A stretch of 64,000 nucleotides of DNA from assembly GCA_022563505.1 (NCBI GenBank), contig JADFNG010000004.1, positions 581-64,580 on the forward strand. The letters are read 5' to 3'. Below are positions 41,417 through 52,014 of the stretch, piece by piece. Both the position numbers and the translations under genes were made by a program. Positions within the stretch are counted from its first letter, which is position 1. Every line of letters starts with the position of its first letter. Origin of the DNA: Pseudomonadota bacterium. Its GTDB lineage: Bacteria > Pseudomonadota > Gammaproteobacteria > Steroidobacterales > Woeseiaceae. Under the pieces are notes generated by a model, which was not told the origin of the DNA, did not search any database, and worked only from the letters and a program-made list of their open reading frames with translations.

Positions 41417-43504
41417 TTAGCCCTGATCGACTTCCTTCATGCTAAGTCGAACGCGTCCTTGCCGATCCACCTCAAGAACCTTGACCTTGACGCTGTCGCC
41501 TTCCGACAGTTTGTCACTGACTTTTTCCACGCGCTCGTTGCAGATTTGAGAAATGTGCACCAAACCGTCCTTGCCCGGAAGAATCGTCACAAAGGCTCCG
41601 AAGTCCATCAGGCGGACAACCTTGCCATCATAGATCTGGCCGACTTCAACGTCCGCCGTAATCAATTCGATACGTCGCTGCGCTTCTCGGCCGGATGCGC
41701 CATCCACTGAAGCAATTCGAACCGTTCCATCCTGATCGATATCGATCGATGCCCCGGTTTCCTCGGTCATTGCGCGGATCACTGAACCGCCCTTGCCGAT
41801 GACATCGCGTATCTTTTCCGGATCAATCTTTAGCGTAATAATGGTCGGCGCCCACTCAGACATCTCTGCGCGAGGCGTCGAAATTACTTTGTTCATCTCT
41901 TCGAGAATATGCAAACGGGCTACCTTGGCCTGTTCAAGAGCAGCGCTCATGATCTCGCCGGTGATGCCCTGGATCTTGATATCCATTTGCAATGCGGTGA
42001 TGCCACTGTCCGTACCCGCTACCTTGAAATCCATGTCGCCGAGGTGATCTTCATCACCGAGAATGTCGGTTAAAATAGCGAAATCGTCGCCTTCCTTGAC
42101 CAGGCCCATGGCAACACCAGCCACCGGTGCCTTGATCGGCACGCCCGCATCCATCAGCGAGAGGCTTGTGCCACACACCGATGCCATCGAACTGGATCCA
42201 TTGGATTCCGTGATTTCCGAAACGACACGAATAACGTAGGGGAAATCTTCCTGGTCCGGCATGACTGCCTGGATACCGCGTTTCGCCAGCTTGCCATGAC
42301 CGATTTCACGCCGCTTCGGCGAACCGACAAATCCTGTCTCTCCGACGCAATAAGGGGGGAAGTTGTAATGCAGCATAAAGGCTTCTTTGCGCTCGCCCTC
42401 AATGGCATCGATGATCTGTGCATCACGACCCGTACCCAAGGTCGTTACCACGATGGCCTGGGTCTCGCCACGTGTAAACACGGCGGAACCGTGTGTTCGC
42501 GGCAATACACCCACTTGCACATCAACCGGCCGCACCGTTGTGCTGTCTCGCCCGTCAATCCGTGCTTCACCCGCAATCACTCGACCGCGAACGATGCTTT
42601 TCTCCAGTTTTCCCAGAGATCCTTTAACGTCGTCAGCAGACCACCTGGCATCGTCCGCTCCTGACAGCGAGTCAACCGCGGCCTGTTTCGTCTCGCCCAC
42701 GGCCGCCTGCCGTTCCATCTTGTCCGTAATCTTGTATGCAGCAGCGAGGCCACTTTCCGCGGCAGCGGTAACCGCCGCATCGAGCTCATCATCGGTCTCG
42801 GGTGCCGTCCAATCCCACGCCGGCTTGCCAACCTCTGCTGCGAGTTCTTTAATCGCGCTAATCGCAATCTGCATCTGTTCATGACCGTACATGACGGCAC
42901 CTAACATGACTTCCTCGGAGAGCTGATCGGCCTCAGACTCGACCATCAGGACAGCATCCGCCGTACCGGCAACCACGAGGTCCAGATCCGAATTCTTCAG
43001 CGCCGCGGCACCCGGATTCAGCACATACTCTCCATCAATATAACCCACCCGGGCTCCACCGATCGGACCCGCAAACGGCATACCCGAAATCGCCAGAGCG
43101 GCCGATGCGCCGATCAGGGCGGGTATGTCCGGATCCACATCAGGATTCAGCGAAATAACCGTGGCGATAATCTGCACTTCGTTCTTGAAGCCCTTCGGGA
43201 ACAGCGGACGAACGGGCCGGTCAATCAGGCGACATGTCAGCGTTTCTTTTTCCGCCGGGCGCCCTTCCCGCTTGAAAAACCCGCCGGGGATCTTGCCAGC
43301 GGCATAGGTCTTTTCCTGATAGTTGACGGTCAGCGGGAAGAAGTCTCGTCCCGGATCGGCCTTCTTCTTACCTACTGCCGTAACCAGAACGACCGTATCG
43401 GCCATTTCGACCAGAACAGCGCCGTCAGCCTGCCGTGCGATTGCACCCGATTGAATGGTAACTTTATGTTCCCCATACTGGAACGTCTTTTCAGTTGATT
43501 TCAC
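41417..43504 (-). CDS. pnp: polyribonucleotide nucleotidyltransferase (PNPase)
   Basis: Two RNase PH domains plus KH and S1 domains; 695 aa; downstream of rpsO. Confidence 0.97.
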   Translation of the reverse strand: MKSTEKTFQYGEHKVTIQSGAIARQADGAVLVEMADTVVLVTAVGKKKADPGRDFFPLTVNYQEKTYAAGKIPGGFFKREGRPAEKETLTCRLIDRPVRPLFPKGFKNEVQIIATVISLNPDVDPDIPALIGASAALAISGMPFAGPIGGARVGYIDGEYVLNPGAAALKNSDLDLVVAGTADAVLMVESEADQLSEEVMLGAVMYGHEQMQIAISAIKELAAEVGKPAWDWTAPETDDELDAAVTAAAESGLAAAYKITDKMERQAAVGETKQAAVDSLSGADDARWSADDVKGSLGKLEKSIVRGRVIAGEARIDGRDSTTVRPVDVQVGVLPRTHGSAVFTRGETQAIVVTTLGTGRDAQIIDAIEGERKEAFMLHYNFPPYCVGETGFVGSPKRREIGHGKLAKRGIQAVMPDQEDFPYVIRVVSEITESNGSSSMASVCGTSLSLMDAGVPIKAPVAGVAMGLVKEGDDFAILTDILGDEDHLGDMDFKVAGTDSGITALQMDIKIQGITGEIMSAALEQAKVARLHILEEMNKVISTPRAEMSEWAPTIITLKIDPEKIRDVIGKGGSVIRAMTEETGASIDIDQDGTVRIASVDGASGREAQRRIELITADVEVGQIYDGKVVRLMDFGAFVTILPGKDGLVHISQICNERVEKVSDKLSEGDSVKVKVLEVDRQGRVRLSMKEVDQG

Positions 43505-43609
43505 GTTATTACTCTTGAATTTGTAAATGCCAAAAGGAATCCATCACGAACCCGTTACAGGGCCGGTTGCGAATTTTTTTCATTGATCCTGGATGAGCCG
43601 TTGACTGGA

Positions 43610-43879
43610 TTAACGGCGCAGACCGAGCCTGGAAATCAGCTCGCGGTACCGAGCCTGATCTTTCTCTTTCAGGTAATCAAGCAACTTGCGACGCTTGTTA
43701 ACCATCTTGAGCAGACCCTGTCGGGAATGATGATCCTTCTTGTGCTCACCGAAATGACCGGTCAGCTCCGCAATTCTTTTTGACAACAATGCAACCTGGA
43801 CTTCAGGGGATCCTGTGTCCATCTCGCCGCGAGCATACTCTTTAATGACGCTGCTCTTGATTTCACTCGTTAGTGACAT
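43610..43879 (-). CDS. rpsO: 30S ribosomal protein S15
   Basis: [36 protein letters not shown]...[15 protein letters not shown]. The start is set at ATG 43879. Confidence 0.95.
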   Translation of the reverse strand: MSLTSEIKSSVIKEYARGEMDTGSPEVQVALLSKRIAELTGHFGEHKKDHHSRQGLLKMVNKRRKLLDYLKEKDQARYRELISRLGLRR

Positions 43880-44068
43880 TTCTAAAAAACTCCAATAGTT
43901 CTTTCTGATCTTTTGGCCCGTTTTGGAAGCGCGCATTCTAGCGCCTCAATCGGTCCAGTAATAGCCTAAAACACGAAAAAATCAGGACTTTTTGCGCATT
44001 CACCCAATCCTGAGAATCTCACCCAAATAGCCATAAAACACCTGTTATTCACACTGCCCCATACGCCA

Positions 44069-44998
44069 TCAGGGCGCGGCGTGGAAAATTCGCTTGGGAG
44101 CCAGCTTTCCGGTCGTCGACAGCTCGCCAACTCCCAAAAATATCTTTTGATCATCGTAAACACGTACCAGCCCAAGCCCGGCATTGGCCACAGGCACACT
44201 CTGGCCACCGGAAAATTTCCCGGCGGCGAGCGAGTCAATCGCAACGTCCGGCCAGCTCGCCAATGCTGCGTCCGGCGGCATAAGCCTTTCGCGCAAGGCC
44301 TGTGGGCCGTCTGCGTCTACTGTGGCAACGGCAGTTGGCAAATCAAGCATGTCAGCGGCGCTGAAATCGCCCACTTGCTCACGATGCAAGCTTGCGGCAT
44401 GAGCCAGGGTGCCGGCTGCCTTCGCAATATCCTCCACCAGCGTCCGGATATAGGTGCCCTTGGAACAATGCACGCGCAAGACCAGTCTGCTGCCACGGGC
44501 TTCCAACAGCTGGATATCATGAATACGCAGTTTCCGTGCCTGCCGCTCGACAGTGATTCCCTGGCGAGCCAGTTCATACAGGCGCTTGCCGTCCTTTTTA
44601 AGTGCCGAATACATCGGTGGCACCTGCTCAATATCGCCGACAAAGCCAGCAATGATCTTTCTCCAGCCATGGTCGTCAAGTACCGGCACCGGAGCAGTCT
44701 CGATCACCTGGCCATCGGCATCGCCAGTGTCAGTCGCTTCACCGAGGCGCGCCGTCACTCGATAGGTCTTGTCCGCGTTAAGCAGGTACGCGCATACCTT
44801 CGTTGCCTCACCAAAACACAACGGCAACATACCGGTCGCGGCCGGGTCGAGGCTGCCGGTATGACCGGCTTTCCTGGCATTCAGAAGTCTCTTTATTTTC
44901 TGTAATGCCCGATTTGACGTGATGCCCGCCGGCTTGTTCAGGAGCAACAAACCGTTGACCAGCTCCGCTTTCCGCCGCCGGCCAGAATTTGAGCTCAC
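44069..44998 (-). CDS. truB: tRNA pseudouridine(55) synthase
   Basis: GLLLLNKPAGITSN and KAGHTGSLDPAATGMLPLCFGEATK catalytic Asp motif. Confidence 0.9.
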   Translation of the reverse strand: MSSNSGRRRKAELVNGLLLLNKPAGITSNRALQKIKRLLNARKAGHTGSLDPAATGMLPLCFGEATKVCAYLLNADKTYRVTARLGEATDTGDADGQVIETAPVPVLDDHGWRKIIAGFVGDIEQVPPMYSALKKDGKRLYELARQGITVERQARKLRIHDIQLLEARGSRLVLRVHCSKGTYIRTLVEDIAKAAGTLAHAASLHREQVGDFSAADMLDLPTAVATVDADGPQALRERLMPPDAALASWPDVAIDSLAAGKFSGGQSVPVANAGLGLVRVYDDQKIFLGVGELSTTGKLAPKRIFHAAP

Positions 44999-45004
44999 CG
45001 GTTA

Positions 45005-45376
45005 CTACCTGCTGCCGTCGGTATCGTGCGTTTTATTCGCGCTTTCGATCAGACGATTCATCCTGATGCTATGCGCAACGCTGTCGTCGTGAATGAAACG
45101 CAGTTCCGGTGTATGTCTTATTTTGATCGAAGCACCCAGTTTGCTGCGCAAAAAACCTCTGGCACGCTGCAGCCCCGCCAACGCTGCTGCAGGTTCGTCT
45201 TCCGGCTTCAGCAAACTAAAATAAACTTTGGCGATACTCAGATCACGAGTCAATTCAAGCGCAGTCAACGATACGCCGTCCACAGCCGGATCCTTGGTTT
45301 CAAATCGAATCAACTCGCTCAAAATGCGCAGCATTTGTGAACTCAGTCTCTGGTTGCGTGAAAACTCGCGAGGCAT
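45005..45376 (-). CDS. rbfA: ribosome-binding factor A
   Basis: MPREFSRNQRLSSQMLRILSELI...LTALELTRDLSIAKVYF. The start is set at ATG 45376. Confidence 0.9.
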   Translation of the reverse strand: MPREFSRNQRLSSQMLRILSELIRFETKDPAVDGVSLTALELTRDLSIAKVYFSLLKPEDEPAAALAGLQRARGFLRSKLGASIKIRHTPELRFIHDDSVAHSIRMNRLIESANKTHDTDGSR

Positions 45377-45410
45377 CGTAGGGTGACCTGTGTATTTCTC
45401 AGCCGCTGTC

Positions 45411-47936
45411 CTAATCAAGTGTTCGCGCAACTTCGATGCGCTCAAAACACTCGATCTGGTCGCCAACTTTGACGTCATTGTAATTCTTGACGCCAATACC
45501 GCATTCGGTGCCGGATCGCACTTCATTAACGTCATCTTTGAAGCGCCGCAGTGACTCGAGTTCACCTTCGTAAATCACGACATTGTCGCGCAGTACACGA
45601 ATCGGGTTCGCTCGCTTCACAAGACCTTCGGACACGATGCAGCCTGCAATATCGCCAAGCTTCGGCGATGTGAAGACCTCTTTGACCTCTGCCAAACCGA
45701 GTATATTCTCCCGAATCTCCGGCGCCAACAGGCCGCTGACCGCCGCTTTAACATCATCGATTGCTTCATAGATGATGCTGTAATAGCGGACATCGACGCC
45801 CGATTCCTTCATCGCCGCGCGCGCTGCGTTATCAGCACGTACGTTGAAACCAATGATAGCGGCATTCGAGGCTGCTGCGAGTACGGCATCCGATTCGGTA
45901 ATGCCTCCAACACCCGAGCTGATGACCTTCACCTTCACCTCATCGTTCGAAATGCTCGTCAGCGCATCGCTCAGTGCTTCCACGCTACCATGGACATCCG
46001 CCTTGATCACGACCGGTACGACCTTGCCATTTGCCGCAGTCATCTGGGTGAACATATCTTCCATCCGTGACGACTGTTGCCGGGCAAGTTTGGCCTCACG
46101 GGCCTTGTGCTGACGGAACTCGGCGACTTCACGCGCTTTACGCTCGTTCTTGACCACGAGAAAACTGTCTCCGGAACTCGGCGTCTTTGACAACCCCAGC
46201 ACAACCACGGGTGTTGATGGCCCTGCAGCTGAAATCTTGTTATCGGCTTCGTCAAACATGCCACGAATGCGGCCGTATTCCTGGCCAGCGATGATCATAT
46301 CGCCCTGCTTCAGCGTTCCAGCTTGTACCAGCAGGGTTGCTACCGTGCCACGGCCTGTTTCCAGACTGGATTCGATAACGAGCCCCTGAGCCGGACCTTC
46401 GCCAACCGCCGTCAAGCCCATGACATCGGCCTGCAACAGGATGGTTTCCAGCAGCGTGTCGATTCCTTCGCCGGTCTGCGCAGAGACATTGACGAATAAG
46501 TGATCGCCGCCCCACTCCTCGGATATCACCTCCTGCGCCGACAACTCATTCCTGACACGCTCCAGATCCGCGTTCTCTTTATCAATCTTGTTGATCGCAA
46601 CCACGATCGGCACTTCGGCAGCATTTGCATGCTTGATCGCTTCAATCGTTTGCGGTTTAACGCCATCGTCCGCTGCCACGACCAGGATTACAATATCCGT
46701 TGCCTGGGCTCCGCGAGCGCGCATTGCCGTGAACGCAGCATGTCCCGGCGTATCAAGGAATGTTATGGGGCCTTTGTCGGTTTCGACATGGTACGCGCCG
46801 ATATGCTGCGTGATGCCGCCGGCTTCGCTTGCAACCACCTGCGTTTTTCGAATGTAATCAAGCAACGAGGTCTTGCCGTGGTCAACGTGACCCATGATGG
46901 TAACGACCGGCGCTCGTGCAACCTGCTCTCCCTCGAGTTGTTCGTCCGCGAGCAAACTCTTGTCGACGTCCTCTCCCGACACCGGCTTGGCGGTGTGGCC
47001 CAGTTCTTCAACGACGAGAATCGCCGTATCCTGATCGATGCTCTGGTTAATGGTCACCATTGCACCCATATTGAACAGTACCTTGACGACGTCATTGCCC
47101 TTGACCGCCATGCGTTGCGCCAACTCCGATACGGCAATGTTTTCAGGTATCTCAATCTCCCGGATGACCGGGGCGGTTGGCTTCTCAAAACCATGCTGTC
47201 CATCACCACCCACTGCAACCGGGCGACGGCGTGGTCGTACCTTGCTGCGTTTGCGACGCCCAGCCCGGTCGCCGGCGACGTGCAGTTCCTTGCGTCCATA
47301 ACGGGTATACGCACCGCGGCTTTTCTTCTTCTCTTTCTCCTTGCTGCGGCGCTCCCGTGTATCCGCCTCGGCCCGCTCCTGACGTATTTTTTCTTCGGCT
47401 GCGACCGCAATCTCTCGATCCTTCTCTTCACGTACAGCCGTTTCTGCTTGCTCTTGCGCCGCAACCGCGCGTAGCTTCTCTTCGGCCTCTCGTTTTACAG
47501 ATTCTTCCTTCTCAGCGGCAACGCGTTCTAATTCGTGTTTTTCCGCGTCCAGGCGATCCTGTTCTTCCTTGCGCTTCTCGTCGAGCGCGTCCTGTTCTTG
47601 CTGCGCTTGCTCCTCGAGTACGTCTCGCTTGATGTACGTATGCTTGCTGCGCACCTCAACATTGACCGTTCGCGAGCGTCCCTGGGCGCCCGCCAATCTG
47701 AGTTCAGAGCGTTCCTTCCGCTTGAGCGTAATGCGCCGCGGCGCCGCTCCCATTGCAGCGGCGCCCTCCAGACCGTGGCTGCGACGAAGATGCGTCAGCA
47801 AATCAAGTTTCGCGTCTTCGCTGATCGTATCGCCAGATCCACTGACTTTTATTCCGGCGTCATCAAGTTGCGAGAGCAGCTTGTCCACCGGAACTTTCAA
47901 TACATCTGCAAATTGTGCGACGGTTACGTCAGCCAT
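45411..47936 (-). CDS. infB: translation initiation factor IF-2
   Basis: GTPase motifs [14 protein letters not shown] and DTPGH; 841 aa. Confidence 0.97.
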   Translation of the reverse strand: MADVTVAQFADVLKVPVDKLLSQLDDAGIKVSGSGDTISEDAKLDLLTHLRRSHGLEGAAAMGAAPRRITLKRKERSELRLAGAQGRSRTVNVEVRSKHTYIKRDVLEEQAQQEQDALDEKRKEEQDRLDAEKHELERVAAEKEESVKREAEEKLRAVAAQEQAETAVREEKDREIAVAAEEKIRQERAEADTRERRSKEKEKKKSRGAYTRYGRKELHVAGDRAGRRKRSKVRPRRRPVAVGGDGQHGFEKPTAPVIREIEIPENIAVSELAQRMAVKGNDVVKVLFNMGAMVTINQSIDQDTAILVVEELGHTAKPVSGEDVDKSLLADEQLEGEQVARAPVVTIMGHVDHGKTSLLDYIRKTQVVASEAGGITQHIGAYHVETDKGPITFLDTPGHAAFTAMRARGAQATDIVILVVAADDGVKPQTIEAIKHANAAEVPIVVAINKIDKENADLERVRNELSAQEVISEEWGGDHLFVNVSAQTGEGIDTLLETILLQADVMGLTAVGEGPAQGLVIESSLETGRGTVATLLVQAGTLKQGDMIIAGQEYGRIRGMFDEADNKISAAGPSTPVVVLGLSKTPSSGDSFLVVKNERKAREVAEFRQHKAREAKLARQQSSRMEDMFTQMTAANGKVVPVVIKADVHGSVEALSDALTSISNDEVKVKVISSGVGGITESDAVLAAASNAAIIGFNVRADNAARAAMKESGVDVRYYSIIYEAIDDVKAAVSGLLAPEIRENILGLAEVKEVFTSPKLGDIAGCIVSEGLVKRANPIRVLRDNVVIYEGELESLRRFKDDVNEVRSGTECGIGVKNYNDVKVGDQIECFERIEVARTLD

Positions 47937-47960
47937 TACCTACTCCAAAGATTTCCATTT

Positions 47961-49463
47961 TCAGGCCTGTTCTTCCGCTTCAAACCAGTGCGCACGTGCT
48001 TTCATGATCAGCGCGGCGGCCACTTCCTGATCCATCTCATTCAACTCAAGGAGATCGTCTGTCGCCAGGTCCGCAAGATCCTCGCGGGTCACGACTCCCT
48101 TACTGGCGAGCGTAAAGGCCAAACCCTTGTCCATGCCCTCAAGACTCAACAGATCCTCAGCCGGTTCTGCCTCATCAATTTTCTCTTCCTGCACAATCGC
48201 CTGAGTCAGCAGCACATCGCGGGCACGATTTCTCAGCTCGTTCACGATATCCTCGTCGAACTCTTCAATCTCAACCAGTTCGGAGGTCGGCACGTACGCA
48301 ACTTCCTCAATGGTCGAGAAGCCTTCCTGCACGAGAATGAGTGCAACTTCTTCATCAACATCCAGCTGTTTCGAAAACAGCTCGAGCAATTCGCGCATCT
48401 CCAAATCGGTCTTTTGCTCGGCATCGGTTTCACTCATCACATTGAGTTCCCAACCGGTGAGTTCACTCGCAAGTCGAATATTCTGTCCACCGCGACCGAT
48501 GGCTTGTGACAATTTTTCCTCTTCGACCGCAATGTCCATGCTGTGTGCATCTTCTTCAACGACAATGGACACCACCTCAGCCGGTGACATCGCGTTGATC
48601 GCAAACTGCGCCGGATTCTCATCCCAGAGAATGATGTCGACGCGTTCACCGGCAAGCTCATTCGACACAGCCTGCACGCGAGAGCCGCGCATACCGACAC
48701 AAGCGCCAACCGGATCGATGCGCGAATCATTGCTTTTCACCGCAATCTTTGCGCGCAGCCCGGGATCGCGAGCGGCGCCGAGAATCTCGATGAGTCCCTG
48801 TCCCACTTCCGGTACTTCAATCTTGAACAGTTCAATCAAAAACTCCGGCGACGTCCGCGTCATGAACAATTGCGGTCCGCGCGGCTCCGAGCGAACCTCC
48901 ATCAATACCGCCTTCATGCGATCCTGGGGCCGTACCGGTTCACGTGGCACCATGTTTTCGCGTGGTACAAAACCTTCTGCATTGCCGCCGAGATCGATGT
49001 AGACGCCATTTCGATCAACGCGTTTCACCAGGCCGGACAGCAACTCGCCTTCGCGGCCCTCGTATTCCTCAATGACCTGCTTACGCTCAGCTTCGCGAAC
49101 CTTTTGTACAATGACCTGCTTCGCCGTCTGTGCGGCAATGCGACCGAATTCGACGGATTCCATCGGTATCTCGACGTAACCACCCGGCTCCGCATTTGCA
49201 TCGATTTCCACTGCATCGATCATGCGCAATTCAATATCCGGGAACTCCAGCTCGGTAGAATCATCGGCAAAAACCAGCCACCGCTGGAAGGTTTCGTATT
49301 CCCCGGTTTCGCGATCGATACCAACACGCACATCGATTTCTTCGCCACGACGGCGGCGAGTCGCAGAGGCCAGCGCCGCTTCAATCGCCTCGAAGATGAT
49401 CTCTTTCTCAACGCCCTTCTCATTTGAGACTGCGTCGACAACCATCAGAATTTCTTTGCTCAT
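47961..49463 (-). CDS. nusA: transcription termination/antitermination factor NusA
   Basis: MSKEILMVVDAVSNEKGV N-terminus, S1 domain, two KH domains and C-terminal acidic repeats. Confidence 0.97.
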   Translation of the reverse strand: MSKEILMVVDAVSNEKGVEKEIIFEAIEAALASATRRRRGEEIDVRVGIDRETGEYETFQRWLVFADDSTELEFPDIELRMIDAVEIDANAEPGGYVEIPMESVEFGRIAAQTAKQVIVQKVREAERKQVIEEYEGREGELLSGLVKRVDRNGVYIDLGGNAEGFVPRENMVPREPVRPQDRMKAVLMEVRSEPRGPQLFMTRTSPEFLIELFKIEVPEVGQGLIEILGAARDPGLRAKIAVKSNDSRIDPVGACVGMRGSRVQAVSNELAGERVDIILWDENPAQFAINAMSPAEVVSIVVEEDAHSMDIAVEEEKLSQAIGRGGQNIRLASELTGWELNVMSETDAEQKTDLEMRELLELFSKQLDVDEEVALILVQEGFSTIEEVAYVPTSELVEIEEFDEDIVNELRNRARDVLLTQAIVQEEKIDEAEPAEDLLSLEGMDKGLAFTLASKGVVTREDLADLATDDLLELNEMDQEVAAALIMKARAHWFEAEEQA

Positions 49464-49500
49464 TACCCTTATAACTCCGAAACAGCCCAGTGATATCCGG

Positions 49501-49950
49501 TTAAACCGCTGGCACCAGGCGGGCAGATTCGATCATTGCAATTGACAAGCTGTGCAACTTTCCATCGACCTCAACTTCAATATTTTCCTCATCCGCTGCC
49601 CGCAATGCGCCGCGAAAATTCTTTCTTCCCTCAAGTGGGAACCGCAGCTTTACGCGTACGTCGCTTCCCATAAAGCGCTGGAAGTGCTCTACCTTGGTCA
49701 GGCGCCTGTCCAGACCCGGCGACGAAACCTCCAGCACATAATTGCCTGATAGCGGGTCCTCGACATCCAGCAGCGTGCTGATCTGCCGATTGACGATCTC
49801 ACAATCCTCCAGTGCGATCCCTTCCGGCTTATCGATAAACACCCGCAACAGTCCATCGCGATTCCCGATCTTGACCTCAAGATCGGACAATTCGTATCCC
49901 AGACCTTCCACGGCAGGCTCGAGCAACGCCACTAATTCTTCACTGGTCAT
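49501..49950 (-). CDS. rimP: ribosome maturation factor RimP
   Basis: LVALLEPAVEGLGYELSDLE and LEVSSPGLDRRL motifs. The start is set at ATG 49950. Confidence 0.9.
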   Translation of the reverse strand: MTSEELVALLEPAVEGLGYELSDLEVKIGNRDGLLRVFIDKPEGIALEDCEIVNRQISTLLDVEDPLSGNYVLEVSSPGLDRRLTKVEHFQRFMGSDVRVKLRFPLEGRKNFRGALRAADEENIEVEVDGKLHSLSIAMIESARLVPAV

Positions 49951-49978
49951 GCACGATACCACCGTAACACTATGTTCT

Positions 49979-50006
49979 AAAACAACAAATGGGCCTTCGG
50001 CCCATT
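49979..50006 (-). terminator. hairpin / possible attenuator just upstream of rimP
   Basis: AATGGGCC-(loop)-GGCCCATT, followed on the minus strand by TGTTGTTTT. Confidence 0.4.
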
Positions 50007-50050
50007 CTCTCCTTGCGAGGGCCGGCTGACGCCAACATCCGCCAGACAAC

Positions 50051-50072
50051 AAAAAACCCCATCGCGGGGCTT
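50051..50072 (-). terminator. rho-independent terminator in the rimP leader
   Basis: Minus strand reads AGCCCC-GCGAT-GGGGTT followed by TTTTTT. Confidence 0.55.
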
Positions 50073-50148
50073 CGTTTCTACCAAGACTCTGGTAGCGGGG
50101 GCGTATCCGACCCAAACGGGCCGCAATTCACCACCTCGCAGGCGCGCG

Positions 50149-50178
50149 ATTATACGGTAACAAGCCGGGGTTCTGCAA
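50149..50178 (-). promoter_or_regulatory. candidate sigma70 promoter of the rimP-nusA-infB operon leader
   Basis: Minus strand reads TTGCAG, an 18-nt spacer, then TATAAT. Confidence 0.35.
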
Positions 50179-50261
50179 TGCCCCCTTAACCCTTCGCGTC
50201 TTCCTGATCAATCAAGGGCGGTATGACCGAATACCGGTCCATGCTGCAACGACTTCTGTGC

Positions 50262-51053
50262 TTAGTCGACCGGTTTGACGATGAGCATCTGCAGCGCAGT
50301 GCCGACGCTTCCGCGTGTGTCAAACAAGGTTGCCTGGGAGAGCCCAATGCCGCTCGGTTGCCAGAACGAAATGGCCTGTGAGGCAAGCCACGCTGATTCC
50401 GGCAACCGGTATGCCGCGACCGTAATGTCAGCATTGACGAAGCTGACCTCTGAAAAATCGGCATTGCGGGAGATGCCGTTGCCACAGTCAGAAATCGGGC
50501 ACAGCGATTGAAACGGAGTCGGGTCTTCCCCTTCGATAATTGGCAAAGCTCGCATCCACATTGTCGTTGGACCCGGTTCTCTCGTTTCATTGGGGGGATA
50601 CGCCACGTCTACGCTCGAACCAAAGAATGGCAAGCCGTGCAATGGTCGTCCGACGGCGAATTTGCCGCTCGTGGCATCCTCAATGCATGGATGGGGAATC
50701 GACGCAGTGGGTATTTCTTTGAACGAGTGCGTGGTCAGGTGCAGGCTCGAAGCGGTCGCGCATATTCGATCATCCGCGTCCCGCAAAGTGGCTATTGCCG
50801 AAGTAGCGGATCGCCCGTTGCGTATGATTTCCGCGTCCACGCGAAATCCAGTGATCGGTACCGGCCGACAGAAACTTACCGTCAACCGGACCAGTTGCTT
50901 GTCGGGCGCATTCTGCTCGACCGCACGGGCGATAATCGCAGTCACCGGCCCAGCATGACAAGCATCTGCGGTCCACGGCCCTCTCGAAGCTCCATTACCA
51001 ACGAACCAGTCGTTGTCGATGCAAAAAAAAGCCTTGTCCTTGTTTTCTGACAT
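50262..51053 (-). CDS. acyl-CoA thioesterase-like (double hot-dog) protein
   Basis: 263 aa from ATG 51053. GPWTADACHAGPVTAIIARAVE and the overall pattern resemble the TesB-like / thioesterase-like superfamily. Confidence 0.65.
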   Translation of the reverse strand: MSENKDKAFFCIDNDWFVGNGASRGPWTADACHAGPVTAIIARAVEQNAPDKQLVRLTVSFCRPVPITGFRVDAEIIRNGRSATSAIATLRDADDRICATASSLHLTTHSFKEIPTASIPHPCIEDATSGKFAVGRPLHGLPFFGSSVDVAYPPNETREPGPTTMWMRALPIIEGEDPTPFQSLCPISDCGNGISRNADFSEVSFVNADITVAAYRLPESAWLASQAISFWQPSGIGLSQATLFDTRGSVGTALQMLIVKPVD

Positions 51054-51394
51054 GGAAACGAAACCTCTACCTTCTATTCGCCAATTCGGGCGCCATCCAA
51101 TCTGCAGCGCAGAGTATGCCAGAACGAAAAATGGCGGTGCCTGGAGAAGCAAGCTCAATTCTTGACTGAGTTCACACTATAGTTATGTCAATAAACTGTA
51201 CTGTTCCGACCTGGTTGGAGCAGTGGAGAAAGCGCGAATGAGGGGTGAAGCAGAACCTGGATCAGGTGATACCGTACGACTTCTAAGGCCCCCACCCCGG
51301 GTCTTCACCGATCCATGCGGTCACAACGTGTGGATGGGTAAGTCGAGGTGATCAAGCTAGAGCCGGTGCAAACGGTCAATACCGACCCCTAACA

Positions 51395-51726
51395 ATAGCG
51401 TTAACGTCGTCGATATCTACCGATACGTCGCATCTCACGATTCGTAATAGCGGCGGACTCTCTACTCGACGAGTTGGAAATACTCTGCACCGACCTGTCG
51501 TCCTTGCCGAAAAGGAGGCATGTTCCGCCAGAGTTGGAGCGGGTAGCCATTACATTCTACCGAGAAGTCCACCTCAAGCCGTATCGTGTGGATTATGAGA
51601 TTATCAACTAGGGAAGTTTTCGTGCATTGCATTCTTGATGGTCATCGCGATATGCCAGCCCTGCTGGAGCGCCGATTATTGCGTAAAACCTGCCTGACGC
51701 CTCCGCACATAATGCTTCTCCTGTAA
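51395..51726 (+). pseudogene. decayed RelE/ParE-family toxin gene with multiple frameshifts and stops
   Basis: Three frames together read ..VVDIYRYVASHDS** / ..IAADSLLDELEILCTDLSSLPKRRHVPPELERVAITFYREVHLKPYRVDYEIIN* / EVFVHCILDGHRDMPALLERRL. This reproduces the ParE pattern (DI..Y.., Y.i.Y.i, v.v..ilhg.rD). Confidence 0.5.
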
Positions 51727-52014
51727 CTGAGTAATGCGCTGACCTGACAACTACTTTCTCCTGCTGCGGGCAGAAAGTACTTGTCAGATATCTACACTCA
51801 ACCGGTCAAGATAATTGTCGTCTGACCGGACAGGATAATTGTCGCCTAACAGATGGGGGCAGTTGATGGAAACCCAAGTCATCCGGAGGCGTAGCATACT
51901 TTTGTAGGTTCAAAGGCGCCGTGGCACGAAATAACTGACAATTCTGTGCAATACGATGAGTTTCAGCCAGAATAGCTGCTGGTCTGAGTTCATGCCCGTC
52001 CCGCGGCCCTCGTG

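Noticed and set aside
46500-48509. Two 324-aa plus-strand ORFs
   Set aside because: They lie antisense to infB and nusA, which are certain. No motifs are present.
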